Source: a virus
Taxonomy: Duplodnaviria > Caudoviricetes
Strand: one strand, 5' to 3'
Virus record (IMG/VR): IMGVR_UViG_3300025936_000016
Location: 40,656-104,655 of that record
DNA length: 64,000 nt
Of the stretch, positions 7,293-16,900 are shown one piece after another; position 1 is the stretch's first letter, and the number at the start of each line of letters is the position of its first letter. The translations under genes and the position numbers were made by a program. Under the pieces are notes generated by a model. That model made no database searches. It was not told the DNA's origin and saw only the letters and a program-made list of their open reading frames with translations.

Positions 7293-7321
7293 ACCCTACG
7301 ACCCCTACGTCCGGGTGTCAA
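7293..7321 (-). promoter_or_regulatory. strong sigma70-type promoter for the Y RNA/ro60 locus
   Basis: TTGACA-17 nt (CCCGGACGTAGGGGTCG)-TAGGGT. Confidence 0.8.
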
Positions 7322-7331
7322 GGCCTATTTC

Positions 7332-8441
7332 CTACTCCCCGGCCACCGTCGCACCCGTGGAGTCTAGGATGTTCCCAGACCACAGCGTCACATGATTACC
7401 GACGCAGCCGTTGGCGTAGCCGAAAGCTCCGGGTACGAACCTGTTGTCCAGGATGCGCACGTTGGTCACGGGCCCTTGGCGGGCACAGTAGACCGTGTAC
7501 GCCCCGCCAGCGAGCAGGTTCCGGGAGATCAGGACGTTGCTGTTCTGGGGGTTTCCTTCGTCCCACTGGATGATGGCCGACGTGGTGTTGCCCCGGACAT
7601 CGATGGTGTTGTGGGTGAAGTTGATGTTGGATGCACCCTGGTTGAACTGGGCCCCGTCCGTGTGCGCATCTCCACCGTCGTATAGGTCATGGATCCATGT
7701 GTCTGTGACGATGGTGTTGCCCGGGACGTTGAGCCCGTTCTCGCAACCATGGATGTCCGCCCGGCGCAAGGTGACTGAGCCACCGGAGCCGTTGCTGTAG
7801 CCGTTGCTACCAGGGGTGTCGTTGCACGTGATCTCCACGTCCTCGAACAAGGTGCCCGGGGCAAAGCTCCGAACCGCCCAGAAGCAAGGTGCGGCGATCC
7901 GCACGTTCCGGAAGGTGACGTTGGCGGCCTGAACCTCGACGCATCCCTGGATGTTCATGTTGCGGATCAGCTCGCCGGACGTTGCGTATGTGGTCCTAGT
8001 GGAGTTGACCAAAGTCACGCCAGGGATAGTCCCGGTGTTGTCCACGTTCGGGAACCCACAGGCTGCCAGCCGGTGCAGGCAGTCCACGCCGCTGGGCGAA
8101 GGTGCCGGCGTTGTGGTGGCCGTGGGACTTGGCGTCGGCGGCGGGGTCGTGGGCGCCGGGGTCGTCGGCACAACGGTGGGACTTGGCGTTGCCGTTGGCG
8201 ACGGGCTCGGGCTCGGGTCGGTTGGTGTCGTGAGTCCGGTCAACGTACACGTGAACGTGAACGTGCCGTTGGCCCCTGGGGTGGGGTTCGTGCAGCTGAT
8301 ACCGGGGGCTGGTGCGAGGACCAGCTGTTGGGTTGTGGGTGTTGCCCAGGCTCCAGGTCCGCTGAGGATCAGGAACGTGGCCATGACGCTGATCACGACG
8401 CGGCTGGCTATGCGCCAGCCGTTGATCTTGCTCTGAGTCAT
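7332..8441 (-). CDS. secreted protein: signal peptide, Pro/Thr linker, right-handed beta-helix (pectin-lyase-like)
   Basis: Hydrophobic N-terminus ending GAWA; PSPTATPSPT linker; DTWIHDL...AHTDGAQ, NITFTHNTI-like and NVRILDNRF repeats. Confidence 0.8.
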   Translation of the reverse strand: MTQSKINGWRIASRVVISVMATFLILSGPGAWATPTTQQLVLAPAPGISCTNPTPGANGTFTFTCTLTGLTTPTDPSPSPSPTATPSPTVVPTTPAPTTPPPTPSPTATTTPAPSPSGVDCLHRLAACGFPNVDNTGTIPGVTLVNSTRTTYATSGELIRNMNIQGCVEVQAANVTFRNVRIAAPCFWAVRSFAPGTLFEDVEITCNDTPGSNGYSNGSGGSVTLRRADIHGCENGLNVPGNTIVTDTWIHDLYDGGDAHTDGAQFNQGASNINFTHNTIDVRGNTTSAIIQWDEGNPQNSNVLISRNLLAGGAYTVYCARQGPVTNVRILDNRFVPGAFGYANGCVGNHVTLWSGNILDSTGATVAGE

Positions 8442-8634
8442 GCCTCTATGCAAGCACAGATCCAGTTCACCCGCACGTGGGGGCGAAGTCCAGGGGCGAA
8501 CAAGATCTGGACAGGGCTTGATCATTGGCCCCTGGACTCACCTGGGAATTGATTCTACACCCTAAGGTACGGGTGGTTATTCCTGCGTCAACCACCTGAT
8601 ACGTAATTCATATTCTACCGCTTATGATCTGCCT

Positions 8635-8934
8635 ATGGTGTGGTTGTCTTTTATCCTTGTGGCGCTCGCCGTAGCCAGGGTCACACGGCTAATTACAGCC
8701 GACCGCATCACGCTATGGCTTAGGCGCTGGGTCATCACCAAGTACGGCGAAGAATCCAGCGCCGCTTACCTTGTGCATTGTCGAGCATGTTCTTCCATCT
8801 GGATCGCTTTCCCCGCCGCTGTCGGCTGGGCCCTACTGGCTCTTCCCTGGCGCCTGTGGTGGCTCGCCGTCCCAGCCTGGCTTGCTTTTTCCTACACCAC
8901 GATCCTTCTCGCGCGCCTCGAAGAGGAGGAGTAA
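8635..8934 (+). CDS. DUF1360-like small membrane protein
   Basis: ARVTRLITADRIT...LVHCRACSSIW; typical position before the portal in actinophages. Confidence 0.7.
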   Translation: MVWLSFILVALAVARVTRLITADRITLWLRRWVITKYGEESSAAYLVHCRACSSIWIAFPAAVGWALLALPWRLWWLAVPAWLAFSYTTILLARLEEEE

Positions 8935-10857
8935 ATGGCCTTCGGTAGAAAGGCACTGGCGGCTGTTCCCGATGACGCCCCGGAGCCACGTTCTACCCGA
9001 TCACTTGTTGCCTCGGCCCTGAGGTTCAGGTTCGACGACGCCTCCTATAACTCTTGGCGCTTTCGAGACGAGGCCTGGCAGCGGGAACTTTGGCGTCTCT
9101 ACGACATCACCCCCGAGCTTCGGTTTGCCGCCAGCTGGGTGGGTAGCTGCTGCTCCCGGGTCCGTATCTATGTCGCCGATGTCGACGAACTGGGACGGGT
9201 CCAGGGCGAGACGAAGAACAAGCAGATCCAAGCCCTGAGTGACACCTTGCTGGGTGGCCCTACGTCCAAGGCCGAGCACCTTCGGATGATGGGCGTGGAC
9301 CTGACTGTTGCCGGCGAGTGCTACATCGTTGGGCAGCCGGACCCGAACCGGGCCACGGACAAGTGGTGGGTCCTGACGCCCACGGAGTTCAGGCGCGTCA
9401 AGGGATCTGGCGGGGAGTGGGACTGGGCCTGGGGACCCAAGGGCAACCCCATGTACCTCGACCTGGACCGGAACGTGGTCACTCGGGTGTGGACTCCACA
9501 CCCACTCCGGGTATGGTGCGCGGACTCTCCCGCCAAGTCCTGTCAGATTGTGCTCCGGGAGCTGGAGCAGCTCACCAAGTACGTGGCCTCGCAGATTGAC
9601 TCTCGCCTTGTTGGCGCCGGCCTCCTGATCATTCCCAATGACCTGGATATGCCCCAGGAGGAGAACAGCACCAACAACGCCGAGTCCTTGATGATTCGGT
9701 TTGCCACAGCTGCCGCCCAAAGCCTCCGGGGTGAAGGAACCGCTCTCGGCGTCTTGCCCCATATTATTGAGGCCGCTAACGCTGACGGCTTCAAGCTCCT
9801 GACCTTCGACAGTGAGCTGTCCAAGCAGGCCATGGAGCTACGGAAAGAGGCCATTGAGCGCCTGGGTGTCGGCATGGACATGCCGCCCGAAGTCCTCAGC
9901 GGGCTTGGTGGCGAGAATCATTGGAACGGCTTCCTGATCGACGGGTACGGCATCAAGGTTCACATCGAACCGATAATGACCCGGATCTGTGAGGCGCTCA
10001 CCGAGGCGTACCTGTACCCCGCCCTCAAGCTCATGGGCAAGGACACTCAGCGCTACACCTATGCCTACGACACCAGCCCGTTGGAGCTTCGCCCCCAGCG
10101 ACTGCAGGACGCTCTGAACCTGTACGAGAAAGGCATCATCGGGGCCGATGCCGTTCGGGAGATTGGCAACTTCAAAGACACCTGGGCCCCGACCGAGGAA
10201 GAAGCCGGCCGGACCCTACTAATTGAAGTTCTGCTCCGGGATCCACAGCTGATTCAGAACCAGGCCATTCGCAAGGCCGTGGGACTGGGCGAAGACATCT
10301 TGCCCCAGTTGTCCATGATTGCCCCAACTGCCCAGAGTATTGGTATGGGCCCCGGGGGTGGCGGTGGAAGTGGTCCCCCTCCGCCTATGCCGCCACCTAC
10401 CGGTATCCAGACCACGCTGCCTCCCCCGATTCCGGACACCATGGACAAGATCGGGGCCCCGCCCGGTCCACCACCTACCGGTATCCAGGCGTCTGCCGCC
10501 GGTCTCCAGGAGATGGGCATCGTCGTCCTCGCCGAGGCCACGGTGCGCCGGGGCCTGGAGCTGGCCGGCAAGCGGCTATTGAATCAGCACAACCGGCACC
10601 GGTGGCCAGATGTGCCCCACAACGAGCTGCACACCCGCATCAAGGTCCAGGACCAGGCTCATGCCAACCGCCTATTGGCCGGGGCCTGGGACCAGTTGGA
10701 TGCGATGACGAAGCTGGTCGCCGACGACTTCGACACGACCAGGCTCCAGACGACCCTGTCCAAATACTGCTCCATTCTCCTGCTCCGGGGTATCGCCCAC
10801 GACCCACCGAACCTGTTCTCCACCCTTCAGGTGGATGGGGTCATTCGTGGCCAGTAG
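8935..10857 (+). CDS. portal protein
   Basis: WQRELWRLYDITPELRFAASWVGS, RVWTPHP, IDSRLVGAGLL, GMDMPPEVLSG-NHW; size and position. Confidence 0.85.
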   Translation: MAFGRKALAAVPDDAPEPRSTRSLVASALRFRFDDASYNSWRFRDEAWQRELWRLYDITPELRFAASWVGSCCSRVRIYVADVDELGRVQGETKNKQIQALSDTLLGGPTSKAEHLRMMGVDLTVAGECYIVGQPDPNRATDKWWVLTPTEFRRVKGSGGEWDWAWGPKGNPMYLDLDRNVVTRVWTPHPLRVWCADSPAKSCQIVLRELEQLTKYVASQIDSRLVGAGLLIIPNDLDMPQEENSTNNAESLMIRFATAAAQSLRGEGTALGVLPHIIEAANADGFKLLTFDSELSKQAMELRKEAIERLGVGMDMPPEVLSGLGGENHWNGFLIDGYGIKVHIEPIMTRICEALTEAYLYPALKLMGKDTQRYTYAYDTSPLELRPQRLQDALNLYEKGIIGADAVREIGNFKDTWAPTEEEAGRTLLIEVLLRDPQLIQNQAIRKAVGLGEDILPQLSMIAPTAQSIGMGPGGGGGSGPPPPMPPPTGIQTTLPPPIPDTMDKIGAPPGPPPTGIQASAAGLQEMGIVVLAEATVRRGLELAGKRLLNQHNRHRWPDVPHNELHTRIKVQDQAHANRLLAGAWDQLDAMTKLVADDFDTTRLQTTLSKYCSILLLRGIAHDPPNLFSTLQVDGVIRGQ

Positions 10858-11581
10858 GGAAGCGGAGGACTCGGTGTACCGCGCGGCCAAGGATGGACTG
10901 AAGCGGTGGCTGGGTCGTGCCCGGGATGCAGTCATGGCGCCATGGCGCCAGTACAAGGCCCAGCCCAATCCCCAGGCCATCGCCTCCACCGTTCCGGTGT
11001 GGCAGGAGCAGGTGGACCGGATCATCCGGGCATTGACCCCAGCCCTACAGGAGGGTTGGGGTGCGGCCCATTTGCCTGGCGACTACGACCCGAGCGACCC
11101 CTACATCCAGGCCAATCTCGCCTTGACCTACAACCTCCTCGTCCGGATCCCGGACGAGGTCCACGCCATGGTGGTGCGCCAGATTCTGGAGGGCACCAAT
11201 GCCGGCGAGACCACGGACCAGATCGCCCACCGCGTGGACCAGGTCCTGGACTTCACCGGCTCCGAGAACTGGGACGGACGGGCCCGGGTCATCGCCATTA
11301 CGGAGTCGACCCGGCACCGCAGCTCCAGTCTCCTGGCCCATGGCCTGTTGGCCCAGAAGAACGGTCGCCGGGACCTGATGAAGCTGTGGGACACCACGAT
11401 GGACGGTCGCGAACGGCTGGGGCACAAGTTGGCCAACGACCAGACCGTGCCCCTGGGTCAGCCCTTCATCGTTGAGGGCGAACCTTTGCTCTTTCCCGGG
11501 GATCCCACAGGCCACCCAGACAACGTGTGCGGCTGTCGATGCGACCTTCGACTTGTCCATGGAGCAGAGGTGATGCGCTAA
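10847..11581 (+). CDS. MuF-like head morphogenesis protein
   Basis: RARVIAITES, KLWDTTMDGRERLGH, LLFPGDP...CGCRC. Confidence 0.88.
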   Translation: MASREAEDSVYRAAKDGLKRWLGRARDAVMAPWRQYKAQPNPQAIASTVPVWQEQVDRIIRALTPALQEGWGAAHLPGDYDPSDPYIQANLALTYNLLVRIPDEVHAMVVRQILEGTNAGETTDQIAHRVDQVLDFTGSENWDGRARVIAITESTRHRSSSLLAHGLLAQKNGRRDLMKLWDTTMDGRERLGHKLANDQTVPLGQPFIVEGEPLLFPGDPTGHPDNVCGCRCDLRLVHGAEVMR

Positions 11582-12663
11582 TGGCCATCCGATTCAAGGG
11601 CCTTATCGCCCCGACCGAGGTTCCCACTGGGGACGGCCGAATCTTCGCCGCCGGCAAGATGACCCACCGCCCCACGCCCATGCCCCTGATGGTGCGGTTC
11701 GGCTCTGGGGGACATGAGGGTGCCACGGTCGTAGGCAAGATCAATCGCATCTACCAAGGCCCAGGGGGCTACTGGGCTGACGGCGAATTCCTTGACCCGT
11801 CCATGGTGCCCGAGGTGCCCAAGGCCATCTACATGCTCAATCAAAAGGTCATGGGGCCCTCGGTAGACCTGGACCGGGACTTCACTGTGGAGGCCATCAA
11901 GCACCCGGTCCGGCCTGACAAGAAGGCTGCCCTGTTCAAGGAGTACAACGTCATCGGCACCACCCTGGTCCCGATGCCAGCCTTCCACCAGGTCCACATG
12001 GCTGTGGATAACAGTGAGGACAAGGCACTCCTGGCCTCGGTGATGCCGGACCTGGACATTGACGCCTGGGTCAGCTTCGACGTCAACGGGGACTCCTGGA
12101 AGCACTGGCCGGTGGCCCCTCGGGACTATCGCTACGACGCGGACGATGCCGTCAAGCGCATCGCCTACTGGGCCGGCATCGGGTCCGAGAACCCGAGCCT
12201 GGATCGGTACGCCTCGGCGTTCCTATGGCGCAATGGCAACCAGACTGGCGACAGCCTGGCACAGGACTCTTTCCGCCTGCCGCTATGCGACATCATCAAC
12301 AACGAGCCGCACCTTATCTACCACGCGGCCTATGCGGCAGCGGCACTTCTTTCCGGCGCCCACGGCGGCCTGCCGAACATTCCCCAGGAAGACAAGCAGG
12401 CCATGGTCCCGGTCATCAACGAGATCTACGCCTCCTTGGCCCAGACGTTCCAGGATGCCAACCTGACATCTCCATTCCAGCAGAGCATCCGGCAGGGACA
12501 GCAGGCCTCTATCAACACTGATGAGGACTGTGGCTGTTCCGAGGAATTTGCCCCATTGCCTCCGGCGGATGTTCGCCGGAGCATAGACGAAGAAAAGGAC
12601 GCCTATGACGCCGAAGGTGATCATGTCTTCGACAATGGTGTCTGTATGAAGTGCGGGTACTAG
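11581..12663 (+). CDS. capsid maturation protease-like protein I
   Basis: PTGDGRIF, GGHEGATVVGKI, GPSVDLD, GTTLVPMPAF. Confidence 0.7.
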   Translation: MAIRFKGLIAPTEVPTGDGRIFAAGKMTHRPTPMPLMVRFGSGGHEGATVVGKINRIYQGPGGYWADGEFLDPSMVPEVPKAIYMLNQKVMGPSVDLDRDFTVEAIKHPVRPDKKAALFKEYNVIGTTLVPMPAFHQVHMAVDNSEDKALLASVMPDLDIDAWVSFDVNGDSWKHWPVAPRDYRYDADDAVKRIAYWAGIGSENPSLDRYASAFLWRNGNQTGDSLAQDSFRLPLCDIINNEPHLIYHAAYAAAALLSGAHGGLPNIPQEDKQAMVPVINEIYASLAQTFQDANLTSPFQQSIRQGQQASINTDEDCGCSEEFAPLPPADVRRSIDEEKDAYDAEGDHVFDNGVCMKCGY

Positions 12664-12680
12664 GAAGAGGTTGAGAGCAA

Positions 12681-13940
12681 ATGCCTGACGTGAACATCTA
12701 CGTGGGGGACGCGGCTCCCGTTACTTCCGGGACCGCCGCCACGAACATGACGTACACCGGAACCTTCGCCGCCAAGGAGCCATACGGCAACGTCAAGTAC
12801 GCCGACCCTGGCTACCAGGATGACGGCGTCAAGAGGTACCCCCTGGACTCAGAGGAGCACTGCCGGGCCGCCTGGTCCTACATCAACATGCCCAAGAATG
12901 CCGCCAAGTACAGCCCTGAGGAACTGAAGTCGATCAAGGGGCGTATCCAAAAGGCATTGGAGAAGTACGGTGTCCAGACCGCCGATTCTGAATCAAGTCA
13001 AATGGCTAGTGGTGTCGAGGTACTGGAGACTGATCACGAAGGGGCCGCTCTCCTCGCGAGCGTTGCACCATTGTCGCCGCCGGCCGAATGGTTCCAGGAC
13101 CCTAAGTTCAAGGCGCCCACGAAGCTGACCATCACCGACGACGGTCAGGTCTTCGGACACCTGGCCCAGTGGAAGGTGTGCCACGTCGGCATCGGCCGGG
13201 CCTGTGTCATGGCCCCTAAGACCCGGACCGGCTATGGCCTGTTCCGGGTGGGCACCGTCCTGGCCGATGACGGCAGCCAGGTGGGCATTGGCAAGATAAC
13301 CCTTGGCACCGGTCACGCCGACGCCCAGTGGGGCATCGTGCCCAGCCGCGAGCACTACGACAACACCGGGTGGGCCGCAGCCGTCGTCAACATCGGCGAG
13401 GACCGGCACGGCATCTGGGTGTCCGGTGCCTTGACCACGACGATGACCCCGGAGAGGGTCGCTGAGCTTCGGGCCTCGGCTCTGTCCGGCGACTGGCGTG
13501 AGGTCAACGGCAATCTGGAACTCATCGCGGCCTTGGCCGTGAACAACCCCGGCTTCCCCATCTACCGGGAGCAAGGTGGACATGCCTTCAGCCTCATGGC
13601 CGTGGGTGTCATCGGACAGGAGGAGGAGAACGTGGGCACAGATGTCAGCACCGAGTTCTCGGGTGATTTCAATGGCGATGAGGCACCGAGCGTGGACGGA
13701 GAAGAGCCGGAGGTGGACCCAGAGCTGTCCGCCAGGGCCGCTCGCCTGGAGGCCATCGACGAGGACCTGGAGGCCTTTAACCAGGACCGTCGGGCTGCTC
13801 AGCTAGCCGCCATTGACGAGGAGAGAATGCAGCTGGCCGAGCGCAAGTCGCCGCCAGCCGGATCCGTCTCTCCTACTAACCTGGATGACGAGATCTTCAT
13901 CCAGTACAACGCACGGTTCCGGGCCCTCGCTCAGGAGTAG
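12681..13940 (+). CDS. capsid maturation protease-like protein II with an N-terminal YADPGY/RYPLD domain
   Basis: KYADPGYQDDGVKRYPLDSEEHCRAAWSYIN; GHLAQWKVCH, HYDNTG, GEDRHGIWVSG, LSGDWR, LAVNNPGFP. Confidence 0.7.
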   Translation: MPDVNIYVGDAAPVTSGTAATNMTYTGTFAAKEPYGNVKYADPGYQDDGVKRYPLDSEEHCRAAWSYINMPKNAAKYSPEELKSIKGRIQKALEKYGVQTADSESSQMASGVEVLETDHEGAALLASVAPLSPPAEWFQDPKFKAPTKLTITDDGQVFGHLAQWKVCHVGIGRACVMAPKTRTGYGLFRVGTVLADDGSQVGIGKITLGTGHADAQWGIVPSREHYDNTGWAAAVVNIGEDRHGIWVSGALTTTMTPERVAELRASALSGDWREVNGNLELIAALAVNNPGFPIYREQGGHAFSLMAVGVIGQEEENVGTDVSTEFSGDFNGDEAPSVDGEEPEVDPELSARAARLEAIDEDLEAFNQDRRAAQLAAIDEERMQLAERKSPPAGSVSPTNLDDEIFIQYNARFRALAQE

Positions 13941-13948
13941 GTGGCTCT

Positions 13949-16900
13949 GTGGTCACGGTCGACGTTGACGGAATGTTGGACTTTTGGTCTGACGATATCG
14001 GGGCCGGCATTGCGCCTGTCACGATGCTCAGCTCTGCCTTCTCGACCGAGTTCTCGGCCCTGGGCGATGCCGTCCGGGGCCAGTGGAAGCCGGATCTGCA
14101 CCCTCGTGACTCCCACGGCCGGTTCCGGGATAAGTGGACCCTCTCTCCCAAGGCCCGACAGATTGTGGAGCGGATCCTCGCCGGGTTCGATCCAGTAGAG
14201 CTGAAGTCCGACAACCATGCCGCCAGCTACCTGAACCAACACAAGAAGCCACGCAGCAAGGGTCAGGAAGCAACCCTCGACTACTTCCTGACCCGCGAAG
14301 GCAACGAGGACATCCAGTCCTCGCTCCGGGCTGGTCTCGACACGAAGCGCCCCAGCACCCAGGGCACTCGTGTCCGGGACCTCGACGGCATGATGGCCCC
14401 ACTCGACAATGACCTGATCCTGAGCCGGGTCGTGGGGCCAGACGCTTTTGGTCTTCCTCCGGAGCGTATTGGCGAGGTGGAGGAGTGGACCGGGAAGCTG
14501 ATCGATGACCTGGGCTATGCGCCTACAAACATCGGCACCCCACATCCCATCGAGGGCCCGCACATTGAGATGCGGATCCTTGCCCCCAGGGGCACCAAGG
14601 CGATTGTCAAGGGTGATGGCTCCCGGACCGTGGTGCTGGATCGGGAACAGCCGCTCCAGCTGGACAAGATCCAAAGCGATGGCCGTGGCGGCTTCTACAT
14701 CCTCGCCACTGTCATGCCCCGGAGTGGTTCTGGTACTGCTCCCCGGGCCCTGGGCCGGGAACTGGCTCCTGGTGAGAAGTCTCCAGCCATTGAGGCCACG
14801 CCTGATGAGTTGGCCCGTCGTGGCCTGACCCCTGAGGGTAGTCCCCTGCCGCAGAGCCTGCCTCCGGCTGGGACGCCGGCACCGAATGAGCAGCCGGTTC
14901 AGCCCAACATCCCGCCGGCTCAGGGTCCACCAGCAGAGACCAAGCCTGTAGCTGAGGTCCCGCTTGGTGCCGGCAAGGTCGTTGGGCCGGACACAAAGGT
15001 CGCACCTCGGGAGAAGATCGCAGGGCCTGAGTCCAAGCAGGTCATGCCCGAGGACCAGGCCCGTTTGGCCGATGAGCAGCGACGCATCGATAAGCGTCAA
15101 GCGGCATTGGACGCACGGGAAGCTCGTATGGCCCGCCTCCAGGAGCTTGACAACCAGCGCCTGCGCCAAGAGAACGAGCAACTACGTCAGCAGGTCGAGG
15201 GCACGCCGCCAGCGCCAGAGGCCCCGGCGCCCATCCGTGCCGACCGGGAAACTCAGACGAGCCTGACTCGGACCGAGGCTCAGAAGGACGCGGACGTTGT
15301 TCGCCGGTACCAGAAGCTGCGCGATGAGCCTGGGTTCCCGCGCAACTCGGACGAGGAGCGGATCCAGCAGCGGGCCGAGCAGGTCATGGCCGGAAAGCCC
15401 ACGCCCGAGCCGACGAAGCGTGCGCCCAGGAAGGCGGCGCCAGCTAAAGCAGCTCCGGTCAAGGCCGCTAAGGCTGCTCCTGCCGCCAAGAAGGCAGCCC
15501 CCGTCAAAAAGGCTGCGCCCGCTAAGGCAGCACCAGCTAAGGCTGTGCCTGAAGCAGCACCACGGCCAGCCTCTAGCGAGGTTGTCGACATTGCACTGAG
15601 GGGCGAGACCCCTGGATCCACGCCAGCTCGTGGGTACATTCAGAACGCCAGAAGGATCAACCGGAACGGCGGCACTCCCAGCGAAGTAGCCGACGAGCTA
15701 CGCCGTGGAGCCGAGGAGCTGCGTACCGGTGAACCCTTGTCCGAAGGCGACATGCCCGATCGTTTGGGGCATGACGAGCAAGATCTACGCGACATTACCC
15801 GGTCGGATGCATCCACATTGGAGCGGATGGCTGACCAGGTAGAGGCAGCTGCTGCCACGCCTGAACCGGCCAAGGCCGTTAAGGCTGCCCCCGTCAAAAA
15901 GGTTGCTGCACCCAGGGCAGCCAGGCCCACGTCCATCACCCAGCTACGTCGCGAAGCCACCCAGCTCAAGGTTCCCGGTCGCAGCACCATGGACCGGGAC
16001 CAGTTGGAAGCGGCTCTGGAGGCTCGACGGAAGCGAGAAGGCGAAAGCGACGAGGCCCATGCGGCCAGGCTCGCAGAACTCAACGCACCCAAGCGTCCAG
16101 TCAAGAAGGCTGCACCCGCCAAGGCGGCAGCGACTAAGGCCACGCCAGCCAAGAAGGTGGCACCCATTAAGGCGGCCTCGGCCGCTGAGCCTGGCAGCCT
16201 GGTCGATGAGCTGAATAACGACCCCAACGTGGACCTTGGTCGGGCGCCAGGGAACAAGCTCGACGACGCCGGGGAAACGATCCGCCGGTACGCCGGTGAG
16301 GGCTCGGACACACCAGAGTCGCTACGGGAGCGGGCCGATCTCCTGGAGCGTTCGGCTGATATCGACCGACGCCTTGCCGGAATCATCAACGACCCTGGAG
16401 AGGTTCAGGACGGGGCCAGTCGCAAGGATGCGGCAGCAGCAGCATTTCGGCGTCGTGCCGATCGGCTAGAGGCTGGCGCCCCACCAGCCAAGAAGGTTGC
16501 CCCTGCCGCCAAGGCCACGCCTGAAAAGGCCATGACCAAGGAAGAGGCTGACGCTGAGGCCTACCGCCGACAGCGGGAGCGTGTGGCTGAGATCCGTCGC
16601 GAGACCCGGGCTCGGGACGAGGAGCGCAAGAAGAACCGGACCCCGGAACAGGTCCAACGCGACGAGGCAGAAACGGCCAGGATCCAGGAGCTGGCGAAGA
16701 GGACCGGCGCCAGGGTCGAACGCGAAAATGCTGAAGCCGATGCGGCAATCCGCGACATCACCACGCCCTGGAAGAACATGGCCAGGGTCGAGGACAAGGA
16801 CCTCAGCGACTTTGACCGGGTCGGAATCGACCTAGTCGCGGATCAGCTTCGTCACAAGCGCATCTCCAAGGCCGAAGCAGCACGCCGCCTGTCCAGGCCA

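Noticed and set aside
8090-8240. Low-complexity repeat
   Set aside because: Encodes the Pro/Thr linker of the secreted protein
8442-8934. Terminase upstream of the portal
   Set aside because: No ORF with terminase ATPase/nuclease motifs in the window; presumably encoded elsewhere
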